The notes: a model not told the origin generated them from the letters alone. Positions 49,966 to 62,487 are shown, counted from the first letter of the stretch. The stretch: 64,000 bases of DNA from Candidatus Latescibacterota bacterium (GCA_965208105.1 OZ242318.1:1472001-1536000); one strand, 5' to 3'. Program-made: numbers and translations.

Positions 49966-50938
49966 TCAGGAAATTACCTTCAGAGAAGCCATTACCCAGG
50001 CAATGCGCGAGGAAATGCAGCGCGACGAGACCGTCTTCCTCATGGGCGAAGACGTGGGAGACTCCGGCGGCATCTTCAAGTGCAGCGAGGGACTGATCGA
50101 GGAGTTCGGCCCCGACCGCGTCATGGATACCCCCATCGCCGAGGCGGGCATCGTCGGGCTTTGCGTCGGTGCGGCCATGACCGGCCTGCGTCCCATCTGC
50201 GAGCTCATGTTCGGAGATTTCTCCCTTCTGTCCATGGACCAGATCATCAACCAGGCGGCCAAGATCCGCTACATGTCCGGGGGTCAATGCAAGGTCAAGC
50301 TGACCATCCGCACGACTATGGGCGCCGGACGCTCGTCGGCGGCCCAGCACTCACAGAGCCTGCACGCCTTCTTCGCCCACATTCCCGGCCTCAAGGTGGC
50401 CGTGCCGTCTACTCCACGCCATGCCAAGGGCCTCCTCAAAACCGCAATCCGCGAAGACAATCCCGTGGTCATCTTCGAAGACAAGATGATGTACAACGAC
50501 ACGGGCCAGGTGCCCGAAGGCGAGTACATCATCCCCTTCGGCGAGGCCGAGGTCATGCGCCAGGGCGGCGATGTCACCATCGTCGCCACCTCGAGCATGG
50601 TGGGTGTATCCCTGAAGGCTGCAGACCTGCTGTCCGAGGCCGGCGTCGAGGCGGAGGTCATAGATCCATGCACCATCTTCCCCCTGGACAAGGAGACCCT
50701 GCTGGGCTCGGTCCGCAAAACAGGCTACGCCCTGGTCGTGGACGAAGGAGTGCAGCGCTACGGCGTCACTGGCGAGATCGCATCCACAATCAGCCAGGAA
50801 GCATTTGATTTCCTCGACGCCCCGGTGGCCCGGGTCGGCGCCGCCGAAGTCCCCGTGCCCTTCAGCCCCACCCTGGAATTCCCCACCATACCCGACGAGG
50901 ACCGCATCGTCCAGGCCGTGCAGGCCATGAAGGGCTGA
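49958..50938 (+). CDS. TPP-dependent dehydrogenase E1 beta subunit
   Basis: GEDV, DTPIAE, AAQHSQS; start overlaps the alpha stop. Confidence 0.93.
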   Translation: MPDQEITFREAITQAMREEMQRDETVFLMGEDVGDSGGIFKCSEGLIEEFGPDRVMDTPIAEAGIVGLCVGAAMTGLRPICELMFGDFSLLSMDQIINQAAKIRYMSGGQCKVKLTIRTTMGAGRSSAAQHSQSLHAFFAHIPGLKVAVPSTPRHAKGLLKTAIREDNPVVIFEDKMMYNDTGQVPEGEYIIPFGEAEVMRQGGDVTIVATSSMVGVSLKAADLLSEAGVEAEVIDPCTIFPLDKETLLGSVRKTGYALVVDEGVQRYGVTGEIASTISQEAFDFLDAPVARVGAAEVPVPFSPTLEFPTIPDEDRIVQAVQAMKG

Positions 50939-50941
50939 TCC

Positions 50942-51868
50942 GTGTCCAATCCCGTCTGCCTGGTCACGGGCTCCAGCAGCGGCATCGGCGCGGCCATCGT
51001 GGAGGAATTCGCAGAGAACGGCTACGACGTGGTCGTCAACTACAACACCGGGGCAGACCGCGCCGCCGCCATTGCCGCGAAGCTCCACCGGGAGTACGGG
51101 GTCGAAGCGCTGACCCTGGGCGCGGACCTTTCTCAATCGGACGCCCCGTTCGACTTGGTCGACAGGACCTGGGAGCACTTCGGCCGCCTCGACGTCGTCG
51201 TCAGCAACAGCGGGGTCATCAACTACATCCGCGACCAGGACGGCAACCTGCTGCGCTACCGCTTCGCCGACGCCCCCGTCGACCACCTCGACCGCGAAAT
51301 GGACCGCGTCCTCGACCTCAACCTCATGGGCGCCTATCGCCTGCTGCAGCGCTCGCTCAAGCACATGGTCGCCCAGGCCGAGAAGGAAACTGAGTCCGGA
51401 CGCTCCGTTCGGCACCGGAGCTTTCTCGCCATCACCTCCGTCTCCGACGTCGCTCCCGACGCCACGCGCATCCCCTATGGAGTGAGCAAAGCCGGACTCA
51501 ACCACGCCATCATCGGGGCCGCCTTCGAAGCCGGACCCTGCAACATAACGGTGAATGCCCTGCGGCCGGGGGTTGTGAACACCCCCCTCACTTCCAGGCC
51601 ATCAGGCATAAAGGATCCGCACAGCGGCGAAGAGTACAGCGTGGCGGAGACCTATGGCCTGATGGCCGAGGGCGGCGCCCAACCCATAAAGCGCATCGGC
51701 ACGCCGCGGGACATTGCCGTCGCCGCCTACGCTTTCACTCACATTCCCTACATGACGGGCCAGCTGATCGCCGTGGACGGCGGCTTCACCCTGGCAAATG
51801 CCTTTCCCAACCGCGAGCTTTTCCTGCGGGAAGGCCTGCGCCTCAGGGTGGATACGGAAAAAAAATAA
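50942..51868 (+). CDS. SDR-family oxidoreductase
   Basis: TGSSSGIG, YGVSK, PG...T, TGQ...VDGG. Confidence 0.85.
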   Translation: MSNPVCLVTGSSSGIGAAIVEEFAENGYDVVVNYNTGADRAAAIAAKLHREYGVEALTLGADLSQSDAPFDLVDRTWEHFGRLDVVVSNSGVINYIRDQDGNLLRYRFADAPVDHLDREMDRVLDLNLMGAYRLLQRSLKHMVAQAEKETESGRSVRHRSFLAITSVSDVAPDATRIPYGVSKAGLNHAIIGAAFEAGPCNITVNALRPGVVNTPLTSRPSGIKDPHSGEEYSVAETYGLMAEGGAQPIKRIGTPRDIAVAAYAFTHIPYMTGQLIAVDGGFTLANAFPNRELFLREGLRLRVDTEKK

Positions 51869-51903
51869 GCGCCGGCACAGCTTGACGGTGCTGCGCCGGC
51901 GCT
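51868..51903. terminator. Hairpin between convergent genes
   Basis: AGCGCCGGC...GCCGGCGCT stem, preceded by an A run (T run on the minus strand). Confidence 0.5.
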
Positions 51904-51958
51904 CGTTCGAGATCCTTCCTCCGCTCCTCCGGGGTCTGACCGCTACCCCCCGATCTCC

Positions 51959-52714
51959 TTATGAATGCTCTTTTATGCTCCCCATGTGAATCTCTATATC
52001 CTCGCGGTTGGCGATACGCTCCAACTGACCATCGCGAATCCAGGCCATGCGGTCGGCGGCGGTCAACATCTTGTCGTCGTGGGTCACGGTGATGATGGTC
52101 GTACCCATCTCTATCTGCAGCCGTTTCATGTAGTTGATGATCTCCTGCCCCGTATTGCTGTCCAGATTGCCGGTGGGCTCATCCGCCAGGATAATGCGCG
52201 GCCTGTTGACGAAGGCGCGGGCGATGGCCACCCGCTGCTGCTGACCTCCGGAAAGCTCGGCGGGAATGTGGTTCGCCCTGTCGCCGAGTCCGACGATCTC
52301 GAGACATTCCATGGCGCGCTCCTCACCTTCCCGGGTGCTCATGCCTGCGAACACGGTGGGCAGAGCCACATTCATCAAGGCACTCATGACAGGCAGCAGG
52401 TTGTAGGTCTGGAAGATGTAGCCCAGCTCGAAACAGCGCACCGCCGCCAGCTTGGGCGGACTGAGGCTGGCCAGGTTTATCCCGCCGATCAGAACCTCCC
52501 CGGCGGTGGGAGTCTGCAAGGCGCCGATCATGTTGAAGAGAGTGGTCTTTCCCGAGCCGGAAGGCCCCATGATGGCGAAGAATTCGTTCTCGAAGACCTT
52601 GACGGACAATCCCCGCAGGGCGTGGACATGGGTCGACTGGTCCCGGCTCCTGGCGTTGTAAACCATCTTCACCCCGCGTACATCCACTATGTTGCTGCGC
52701 CCGTTTCCTGACAT
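51959..52714 (-). CDS. ABC transporter ATP-binding protein (LolD/MacB-like)
   Basis: [36 protein letters not shown]. Confidence 0.95.
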   Translation of the reverse strand: MSGNGRSNIVDVRGVKMVYNARSRDQSTHVHALRGLSVKVFENEFFAIMGPSGSGKTTLFNMIGALQTPTAGEVLIGGINLASLSPPKLAAVRCFELGYIFQTYNLLPVMSALMNVALPTVFAGMSTREGEERAMECLEIVGLGDRANHIPAELSGGQQQRVAIARAFVNRPRIILADEPTGNLDSNTGQEIINYMKRLQIEMGTTIITVTHDDKMLTAADRMAWIRDGQLERIANREDIEIHMGSIKEHS

Positions 52715-52846
52715 GACCTGCCCATTCCTCCTGACGGCTACCGCGGGTCGTGGCCCTGATCCTGCGAGGGCTTCAATCTACGCAGGAGACTCCCTCAAGT
52801 CAAACTTCCGCTGCCCCCTCGGACCGGACCGGCGGGGAAAAATCGC

Positions 52847-52876
52847 TTGACGCAGCGCGATACTACATGGTATAAT
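52847..52876 (+). promoter_or_regulatory. Sigma70 promoter
   Basis: TTGACG-N18-TATAAT with TG at the extended -10 position. Confidence 0.7.
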
Positions 52877-52944
52877 TTCACATAACCCTCCCACGGATTG
52901 ACCACCTTTCCCATCCCCCTCCAATTCGCCCAGGATCGTCATCC

Positions 52945-53649
52945 ATGCCCTCGGCAGAGCATCTGATCGATATAAAGGAAGTAGCCCACACCTTCGGCAA
53001 ATCGATTGAATCCATCCGCAAGTACAAGAACTTCGGGATCATCAGAATCTCCGACAAGCGCGGCAACAAGGATCTCTTCAACCGGGAGGAAATCCTGGAG
53101 ATAAGGGATCGCCTGCGCGACCTCCGGCTCAAGGGGCTGTCTCTGTCCCAGATCGCCGACCAGCTCGACCTGTCCAGAGACGGGGCAACGACCGTCGTGG
53201 ACCCGGTCCCTCACGACCATCCGCTCAGGGTCCTGATCGCGGAGGGGGAAGCAGCCGTGCGCACCACCCTCGGGGAATTCCTGAAGGGGCATGGCTATAC
53301 CGTCTGGGAAGCCGGGGACGGCGAGCGGGCACTCACCGCAACCTTCAGCGGGAACCCGGGCCTGATCCTTCTGGATTCGGCCCTGCCCAAGGTGGACGGC
53401 CACCAGGTATGCCGGATACTCAAGGGCAACCCGGTAACCTGCGGGATTCCCATCATAATCACCGCCCGCGGCGCCACGTCCGAAAAGCTGAAGGGCGTCG
53501 AGCAGGGCGCGGACGACTACATCGGCAAGCCCTTCGACCTCGAGGAACTGCTTGCCCGCATCCGCATGGTCACCCGCCGCGTCTACGCCGGCCAGCCCGG
53601 CCCCCGGCCGAACGCAATGGCCGTTGCCCCCCCGCCCAATCCCGACTGA
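52945..53649 (+). CDS. Response regulator with N-terminal MerR-type HTH and C-terminal receiver domain
   Basis: IKEVA..FG.S.ESIR.Y...G.I (MerR-like); LILLD..LP.VDG, GADDYIGKPF (REC). Confidence 0.85.
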   Translation: MPSAEHLIDIKEVAHTFGKSIESIRKYKNFGIIRISDKRGNKDLFNREEILEIRDRLRDLRLKGLSLSQIADQLDLSRDGATTVVDPVPHDHPLRVLIAEGEAAVRTTLGEFLKGHGYTVWEAGDGERALTATFSGNPGLILLDSALPKVDGHQVCRILKGNPVTCGIPIIITARGATSEKLKGVEQGADDYIGKPFDLEELLARIRMVTRRVYAGQPGPRPNAMAVAPPPNPD

Positions 53650-53866
53650 GCCCGGCGCTTCGTCACCTTCCTTCGCACGCCAATTGCGCGCGCAGGCACC
53701 AGTGTCCCGCCGCGGGGACAGGCCGCCATTCTTCCGCCGCTGCCTGCCCTCTCGCGGCGTTGCCCGCGCTCGCCGCACACCCCCAACAGGGCTCGCCCGG
53801 GCGCCTTGCGAGCCCGGCGCTTCGGCGGCCAAATCTGGTCGATCTGGCTCTGCGGCGAAAAACTAG
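53648..53866. repeat. Degenerate copy 3 of the ~168-bp element (53699-53866) preceded by a right-half copy (53648-53702)
   Basis: Core CTCGCGGCGTTGCCC...GGCGCCTTGCGAGCC.GGCGCTTC. Ends CCAG...CTAG with an imperfect IR. The half copy ends GCAGGCACCAG, like the end of copy 1. Confidence 0.75.
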
Positions 53867-55863
53867 GAACCGCTTTGCGGACGCAGGCGGGATATTTCGT
53901 CGCGCAGGTTGGCCGCCTTCTCGAATTCGAGCCGGGCCGCAGCCCGCTTCATCTGCTTCTCGAGATCCGCCAGAAGTTCTCCCAGGTCCTCGGTATCTCC
54001 GTAGGACACTTCAGGTTCGGCCGCGACCTCCGCCTCCACCCCGCGCACGCTCTCCAGCACGGAGGTCGTCTGCAGGATCTCCTCCCTGCTGCGGTAGATG
54101 GTCCGCGGCACGATATCGTGCTCGCGGTTGTATTCCTCCTGCAGGCGGCGCCGGCGCAGGGTCTCGCTCATGGCGCGCTCCATGGAGGGAGTTACCCGGT
54201 CCGCATAGAAGACGACGAGGCCGGAGTCGTTGCGCGCCGCCCGGCCGACCGTCTGGATCAATGCCTGTTCCGAGCGCAGGAACCCCTCCTTGTCCGCATC
54301 GAGGATCGCCACCAGCGATACCTCGGGCAGGTCCAGCCCCTCGCGAAGGAGATTTATTCCCACCAGGACGTCGAATTCTCCGAGGCGCAAGTCCCGCAGA
54401 ACGCGGACCCGTTCCAGGGTCTCGATCTCCGAGTGTAGATAGCGCACCCGGATCTGCATCTGGTCGAGAAAATCGGTGAGTCTCTCCGCCATTTTCTTGG
54501 TAAGGGTGGTGACCAGCACCCGTTCCCTGCGGCCGGCGCGCTGGCGGATCTCCTCCATCAAATCGTCGATCTGACCTTCCAGGGGACGCACCTCGATGCG
54601 CGGATCCCTGAGCCCGGTGGGACGGTTGACCTGCTCCACGAAAACCCCGCCGCACTTCTCCAGCTCATAGGGGCCCGGCGTAGCCGACACGAAGATGGTG
54701 GTCCCCATGTGCTCCTCGAACTCCTCGAAGACCAGGGGCCTGTTGTCGTAGGCCGAAGGCAGGCGGAAGCCGTGCTCTACCAGCATGTCCTTGCGCGAGC
54801 GGTCGCCCCGCCACATGCCCTTGACCTGCGGCACGGTGACGTGGGACTCGTCGATGAAGAGCAGGAAATCCTCGGGGAAATAATCCATCAGCACATAGGG
54901 CGGCGCGCCGGCTTCGCGCCCGTCCATGTAGCGGGTGTAGTTCTCGATGCCGGAGCAATAGCCCAGCTCGCGGATCATTTCAACGTCGTACTTGGTGCGG
55001 ACCTCGAGGCGATGGGCCTCCACCAGCCTTTCGCTGGAGCGCAACTCGAGCAGGCGCTCCTCCAGCTCGACCAGGATCCCGTCACACGCCCGCTCCACCT
55101 TCTCCTCGTCGGTCACGTAGGCCTTCGCCGGATAGAGAGAGGTTTCACGGCGCCGTTCCACCACCTCCCCGGTCACGGCGTCGACCACCGAGATGGCCTC
55201 GATCTCGTCGCCGAAAAACTCGACCCTCACCGCGCGGTCCTCCGAAGCGGGCACGATCTCGACGATGTCCCCGCGCACCCTGAAGCTGCCGCGCTGCAAC
55301 TCGAAATCGTTGCGATTGTAATAGATATCGATCAGATTGCGGAGAACGTGGTCGCGTTCGACGAGCTGGCCGACCTGCAGGTCGACCTTCTGCTCGCTGT
55401 ACTCCCGGGGGGAACCGATACCGTAGATGCAGGAGACCGTGGCAACGATTATCACGTCTCGACGCTCGAGCAGGGAACCCATGGCCTTGAGTCGCAGCCG
55501 GTCGATTTCCTCGTTGAGCTCGACCTCCTTCTCTATGTAGGTATCCGTGCTGGGCTTATAGGCCTCCGGCTGGTAGTAGTCGTAATAGCTGACGAAATAT
55601 TCCACCGCATTGTTGGGGAAATACCCCTTGAACTCCCCGTACAGCTGCGCGGCCAGGGTCTTGTTGTGGGAAATGACCAGGGTCGGCCGCTGCAGCTTCT
55701 CAGCCACGCAGGCCATGGTGAAGGTCTTGCCACTGCCGGTCACGCCCAACAGGGTCTGGAACTGGCGGCCTTCCTCTGTGGCCGCCACCAACTCCGCAAT
55801 CGCCCGGGGCTGGTCGCCCTTGGGGGTGTACTCGGAAACGAGTTCGAACTGGGACATAGTCAT
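53863..55863 (-). CDS. uvrB: Excinuclease ABC subunit B
   Basis: [39 protein letters not shown]-terminal UVR motif. Confidence 0.98.
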   Translation of the reverse strand: MTMSQFELVSEYTPKGDQPRAIAELVAATEEGRQFQTLLGVTGSGKTFTMACVAEKLQRPTLVISHNKTLAAQLYGEFKGYFPNNAVEYFVSYYDYYQPEAYKPSTDTYIEKEVELNEEIDRLRLKAMGSLLERRDVIIVATVSCIYGIGSPREYSEQKVDLQVGQLVERDHVLRNLIDIYYNRNDFELQRGSFRVRGDIVEIVPASEDRAVRVEFFGDEIEAISVVDAVTGEVVERRRETSLYPAKAYVTDEEKVERACDGILVELEERLLELRSSERLVEAHRLEVRTKYDVEMIRELGYCSGIENYTRYMDGREAGAPPYVLMDYFPEDFLLFIDESHVTVPQVKGMWRGDRSRKDMLVEHGFRLPSAYDNRPLVFEEFEEHMGTTIFVSATPGPYELEKCGGVFVEQVNRPTGLRDPRIEVRPLEGQIDDLMEEIRQRAGRRERVLVTTLTKKMAERLTDFLDQMQIRVRYLHSEIETLERVRVLRDLRLGEFDVLVGINLLREGLDLPEVSLVAILDADKEGFLRSEQALIQTVGRAARNDSGLVVFYADRVTPSMERAMSETLRRRRLQEEYNREHDIVPRTIYRSREEILQTTSVLESVRGVEAEVAAEPEVSYGDTEDLGELLADLEKQMKRAAARLEFEKAANLRDEISRLRPQSGS

Positions 55864-56048
55864 TTGTCAGGGGGTCTGAGCTAATCTAGCGGAGTCACCC
55901 AGGGTTGTCAAGAAATCCCGGCGCTGCCCACGCTCCAGCATAATGCTGCCAATATGGCATAAATCCGTCATGTTATGGCATTGAATCAGTCTTTGACAAA
56001 ACTCAATCAAGTTATATATTTATAACAGGTTAGATGAGAAGGAAGAGG

Positions 56049-56065
56049 CTGGCATATTGATTGCT
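56049..56065 (+). promoter_or_regulatory. Sigma54 (-24/-12) promoter of dnaK
   Basis: CTGGCAT-ATTGA-TTGCT matches TGGCAC-N5-TTGCW, 60 nt upstream of the ATG. Confidence 0.72.
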
Positions 56066-56124
56066 GTAAAATCAAAGCGATAAAGCCAAATGGCAGAGCA
56101 AAACAATTTTTGAAAGGAATCGAC

Positions 56125-58053
<1,929 letters not shown>

Positions 58054-58158
58054 TCTCGGAGAAATCTCCCCCTGCTAGCGGCGGGGGTGTTCACGAACAG
58101 GTTCGGGCGGAAAGTGTCCGCGGCGCCGGGGCAGTGGGTCCCGCTCCGGCGCCGCCAT

Positions 58159-59193
58159 TCAGCTCTGGGGCATGAACATCAGCTTCATCCCCTCGCGCCT
58201 CTCGGCAAGCTCGAACGCCCGCTGCCATTCGCCCAGGTCGAACTGGTGGGAAATCAGCTTCTCGCTGGGAACCAGTCCCTGCTCCATCAGCTTCAACGCC
58301 CGCTGCCAGACCGGCCTGCGCTGGGCAAGGGCGCCTTTCACCTCTATTTCCTTGTAGGCGATGAGCTCGAAGTCGATCTCCACCGGCCTCCCCGGCAGTC
58401 CCATCTGGGCGTATCTGCCGCGCTTGCGCACCAGGTTCAATCCCAGCTCCATGGCGGCGGGCGCACCGGAACACTCCACCACCGCATCTGCTCCGTATCC
58501 CCCGGTCAGCTCCCCCACCCTCTCAACCGCATCCCCTGACTCGACCTCCACGGTGTAGTGCACGCCCAACTCCTCGGCCAGGCGCAGGCGCTTCCCGTCT
58601 TCCGCGGTGCCGCAGACCAGTACCGTCGCTCCCTCGGCCAGGGCGACCAGGGCCGCGAACAGTCCCACCGGCCCCGGACCGGTAACCACCACGAAATCTC
58701 CCGCTGAGACGCCGACCTGCTCCGAAACGGCATGGACGCAGCAGGCCAGCAACTCGGTGGTCGCCCCCGCCTCGAAACTCACACCTTCCGGCAATTTGTG
58801 GGCGCTGACCACGTTGCAGTAGGGGGCGAAGCATCCATCGTACCAATAGCCCAGTACCCTGCGCTCGGGACAGAGATTGTAGTGTTCGCTGCGGCAGTAG
58901 ATGCACCTGCCGCAGAGGTGGATACTGGGCTCGGCCGTCACCCGGTCGCCCACCTCGACCTCGGCGCCTGCCCGGGCTCCCTTCTCCACCACCACCCCGC
59001 TGAACTCGTGCCCCATGACCACCGGGGTGCGGATGGGATAGTTGATGGAATCGTGATAGATATGCAGATCAGACCCGCATACCCCGCTCGCCCGGACCTC
59101 TATCTTCACCTGGTCCGGAGCGGGAGGCCGGTTCTCCACCTCCCGAAGCTCCACAAACCCATGCCCCCTGGCATATTTTACCACGCCCTTCAC
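58159..59193 (-). CDS. Zn-dependent alcohol/polyol dehydrogenase (MDR)
   Basis: CGSDLH, GHEFSG, C..C..C.......C structural Zn site, GPGPVG. Confidence 0.92.
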   Translation of the reverse strand: MKGVVKYARGHGFVELREVENRPPAPDQVKIEVRASGVCGSDLHIYHDSINYPIRTPVVMGHEFSGVVVEKGARAGAEVEVGDRVTAEPSIHLCGRCIYCRSEHYNLCPERRVLGYWYDGCFAPYCNVVSAHKLPEGVSFEAGATTELLACCVHAVSEQVGVSAGDFVVVTGPGPVGLFAALVALAEGATVLVCGTAEDGKRLRLAEELGVHYTVEVESGDAVERVGELTGGYGADAVVECSGAPAAMELGLNLVRKRGRYAQMGLPGRPVEIDFELIAYKEIEVKGALAQRRPVWQRALKLMEQGLVPSEKLISHQFDLGEWQRAFELAERREGMKLMFMPQS

Positions 59194-60233
59194 GGCTCTT
59201 CCCCGGCCGATTCCTTGAGCCTGAGCCGGTCGCCCGCCATGATCCTTCCCTCTCCTTCCACGACGCGCACGCTGGAAAGCCGGGCGCCGATGATCTCCCG
59301 CACCTCTACAACTCCGATGCGCCGCCCCGCATCCAGACCCTCCTTCTCGATGCGGTCAGGGCCCGGGTAGACCTCGAACCGGTAGGCCGGCCGCAGTTTG
59401 TTCTCACTGCCGATATTGATGTAGACCTCCTCGCCGAACACGGAGAGGACCTCAGGCGCCTCCCCGCCCAGGTCGAGCTCGCTGGGCTTGATGAGCTGCT
59501 CCAGCTTCAGCACCAGGTCCTGCATGGCGCTGAGAGTGACCTGGCCGATGGCGGTTGCCTGGAATTCCTCGGACCCGAACTCCAGCTGGTGCAGCTTCAT
59601 GAACTGGAGGTCCTGATCGCGCGGCCGGCCCAGGAGATCGAGGCCCAGTCCCCGGTCAACGCTCTCCTGCCTGGTGTGTATGGTGCCCAACTCGCTCCCG
59701 TTCTTCACGTCCAGGGCCTGCAGGTCCAGCTCCGCAGTCCCCGAGTAGGACTTATACCCACCCAGCATGGGATCTCCCACCGTAACCCGGCTCAGGTCGT
59801 AGTCCTTGATCGCACCCAGCAGGACTATGTCCGCCTCGACCAGCCGGGCTACTTCCAACGCCCTTTCGGTCTTCACCTTCTTCTGTTCGCCCACCAGCGC
59901 GGCGACGACCTCGAAGGGAACCACGCGCCAGTCCGGGGAATCGGCCATCCTTTCACTCAGCAGTGCGCCCATCTCCTTCCCCAACTCCCAGATCCCCTTG
60001 CGGAAGCCGGACTGGTTCTCGAGGGGCATGACGGCGATATACTGCACGGGCACCGCGGTGGTGTCCGCAGTGAGCTCCCTGCGATGCAGGTACTGGTCGA
60101 GCACTTCGCGCTGTTCCTCCAGCACTACTGCGCCTTCCTCCCCGGTGGGAGGAGCTTCGGCCTTGCCCAGCAGGTTCAACGCAGAACAACCGGAGATGAG
60201 GATGATCGACAGACTGAGGATGTGGAATTTCAT
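59190..60233 (-). CDS. Lipoprotein with CsgG/TolB-N-like and FlgT-C-like domains
   Basis: Lipobox ISGC; IAVMPLEN, AD.VL.G.I; C-terminal VYINIG....L.....F.V. Confidence 0.6.
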   Translation of the reverse strand: MKFHILSLSIILISGCSALNLLGKAEAPPTGEEGAVVLEEQREVLDQYLHRRELTADTTAVPVQYIAVMPLENQSGFRKGIWELGKEMGALLSERMADSPDWRVVPFEVVAALVGEQKKVKTERALEVARLVEADIVLLGAIKDYDLSRVTVGDPMLGGYKSYSGTAELDLQALDVKNGSELGTIHTRQESVDRGLGLDLLGRPRDQDLQFMKLHQLEFGSEEFQATAIGQVTLSAMQDLVLKLEQLIKPSELDLGGEAPEVLSVFGEEVYINIGSENKLRPAYRFEVYPGPDRIEKEGLDAGRRIGVVEVREIIGARLSSVRVVEGEGRIMAGDRLRLKESAGEEP

Positions 60234-60452
60234 TTCAGGTCCACCCCGCAAAGGCAGGAGGTTCCAGGGGAAAGGATTCGATGCGCGGATATTTTCCCGG
60301 GCATTCAGAGGGACGGGGGTTCAGGTTCCGGACAAGTTAAGTAGTGGATGGATCTACCCGGTGTCAAGGTGACCCATTCAACCCTTGCCAAGCCCCGCCC
60401 CCGATCTTGCCCGGCACTTGCCTTTGGCATATTTTATGGTTTCCGGACCTCG

Positions 60453-60528
60453 GCCGCTTTAGCTCAACTGGTAGAGCACCTGATTTGTAATCAGGAGGTT
60501 ATGGGTTCGATTCCCATAGGCGGCTCCA
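60453..60528 (+). tRNA. tRNA-Thr(UGU)
   Basis: 76-nt cloverleaf: acceptor GCCGCTT/AGGCGGC, anticodon arm CCTGA-TTTGTAA-TCAGG, T arm ATGGG-TTCGATT-CCCAT, encoded CCA. Confidence 0.97.
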
Positions 60529-60645
60529 GAAATTCTGCGATCGAAGACGTTCCCCCCGGAGCGCGGCAACTCTCCGGAGCGCAAACTGCGGAGCGTTTTC
60601 TTTTTGCCGATCCCGCACCCCCCGAATCCCCAAAGACATGCGGAC

Positions 60646-62487
60646 ATGATCGAGACCATTCTCGCCCTCGCCCTGATCCTGATCGCCCTCCTCGTCTTCC
60701 TGTGGAAACGGTCCGGTCCGGACCCGGGCCTGGACCTTTCCTACGACCCTTCCGAGGGTGAGAGATCTCCTCATCGCTGGGGCTACGGCGATACGAAATT
60801 CGAGTTCGACGGTCCCCGCAGCGTAAGGATGAGAGGCAGCCGCTACCCGCTCGCCGGCTACAACATGCCCTATTTCATCCCCTTTGCCGAGGAAGTCCTG
60901 GGAGTGGAGATCCGCCCCCAGGGCATCAGTGCGGAAAACGACGAAAAGCCCGTGGCCGAGCCGAGGGTGAACGAGGAGTTTTTCGCCGCCGTGCAGGCCA
61001 GCTTCGGCGTCGACCAGGTCTCCCTCGATCCCGGGGAAAGACTGGTCCACAGCCACGGCCAGGTCAGCGTTGACGAGGTCTACCGGGTCCTCTACGGCGA
61101 GCCGTTGCAGCGCACCGTCGATCTGGTGCTCTACCCACAGGGGGAAGAGGAGGTGCGCACCATCGTCCGGCTGGCCAACCGGCACGATGTCTGCCTGGTG
61201 CCATACGGCGGCGGCACCAATGTGAGCGGCGCCCTTTCCTGCCCGCCAGGAGAGCAGCGAACCATCGTCTCGGTGGACATGCGCAGGATGGGCCGCGTTC
61301 TCTGGATGGACGAGGCCAACCTGCAGGCCTGCATAGAAGCCGGCATCTCCGGCAAGCAGATGGAGCTGGAGCTCAATGCCAGGGGATACACCTCGGGCCA
61401 CGACCCCGACAGCATCGAGTTTTCGACCCTGGGAGGCTGGATCTCGACCAACGCCAGCGGAATGAAGAAGAACAAGTACGGCAACATCGAAGACATCGTC
61501 CTCGAGGCCACCCTGGTCACTCCCACCGGAGACATCGAGGCAAGGAAGGCGACGCCGAGAAACTCCACCGGGGTGCAGCCCCGGGTCTTCCTCTTCGGCA
61601 GCGAGGGCAATTTCGGCATCATCACCAAGGCCATCGTCAAGATCCATCCGCTCCCGCAGGTGCGCCGCTACGGCCTTCTCATCTTCCCCTCCCTCGAGAG
61701 GGGCGTCAGCTTCCTGAAGGAGCTGCGCCGCGAGGAAGTCCTGCCGGCCAGCATCCGCCTGTTGGACAACGCCCAGTTCAGGTTCGGGCAGGCGCTCAAA
61801 CCTGCGCCGGGGTTCTTCAAGGGCATGGTGCAGGGAGGGCAGAAATTCCTGCTGCTGAAGATCCTCGGCTTCAAGCCCCTGGAAATGGCGGCCTGCACCT
61901 TGGTCATGGAAGGCTCCACAAGGGAGGTCCGCCATCAGAAGAAAGCCATCTTCAAGACCGCCAGGAAGCACGGCGGGGTCAGCGGGGGCGCCGCCAACGG
62001 CCGGCGGGGCTATATGCTCACCTTCGGCATCGCCTACATCAGGGACTTCTTCAACCAGTTTCACATCCTCGGCGAATCTTTCGAGACCTCGGTCCCCTGG
62101 GACCGCATCCTACCCGTTTGCAATGCGGTCGAGAAGAAGCTGGGGGAGCAGTGCCGCGCCTATCAGGTGCCGGGGAAACCGTTTCTTTGCTACAGGGTAA
62201 CCCAGACCTATCACACCGGGGTCTGCATCTACTTCACCCTGGCCATTTGCGGCGAGGGCCTGGAGAAACCCGACGCAGTATTTCACCATATCGAGCACAG
62301 TCTCAGGCAAACCATCCTCGACCACGGCGGCTCCCTTTCCCATCATCACGGGGTCGGCAAGATCCGCCGCGATTTCCTGCCCCAGGTACAGACCGACAAC
62401 AGCCTCCAGGTTATGCGCCAGGCCAAGAAAGCCATGGACCCCAACAACGTCTTCGCCATCGGCAACGGCCCCTTCGGCGATTCCTGA
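60646..62487 (+). CDS. Alkyl-dihydroxyacetonephosphate synthase-like FAD oxidoreductase with N-terminal membrane anchor
   Basis: PYGGGTNVS.AL.CP, GHDPDSIEFSTLGGWISTNASGMKKNKYGNIED, GSEG..G.IT, GESFETS.PWDR, RVTQTY..G.CIYF, GGSLSHHHGVG. Confidence 0.85.
   Translation: MIETILALALILIALLVFLWKRSGPDPGLDLSYDPSEGERSPHRWGYGDTKFEFDGPRSVRMRGSRYPLAGYNMPYFIPFAEEVLGVEIRPQGISAENDEKPVAEPRVNEEFFAAVQASFGVDQVSLDPGERLVHSHGQVSVDEVYRVLYGEPLQRTVDLVLYPQGEEEVRTIVRLANRHDVCLVPYGGGTNVSGALSCPPGEQRTIVSVDMRRMGRVLWMDEANLQACIEAGISGKQMELELNARGYTSGHDPDSIEFSTLGGWISTNASGMKKNKYGNIEDIVLEATLVTPTGDIEARKATPRNSTGVQPRVFLFGSEGNFGIITKAIVKIHPLPQVRRYGLLIFPSLERGVSFLKELRREEVLPASIRLLDNAQFRFGQALKPAPGFFKGMVQGGQKFLLLKILGFKPLEMAACTLVMEGSTREVRHQKKAIFKTARKHGGVSGGAANGRRGYMLTFGIAYIRDFFNQFHILGESFETSVPWDRILPVCNAVEKKLGEQCRAYQVPGKPFLCYRVTQTYHTGVCIYFTLAICGEGLEKPDAVFHHIEHSLRQTILDHGGSLSHHHGVGKIRRDFLPQVQTDNSLQVMRQAKKAMDPNNVFAIGNGPFGDS

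Noticed and set aside
55864-56124. CIRCE element upstream of dnaK
   Set aside because: No TTAGCACTC-N9-GAGTGCTAA match.
60453-60528. tRNA-Thr as a genomic-island attachment site
   Set aside because: No integrase nearby and no duplicated tRNA 3' end seen in the window.
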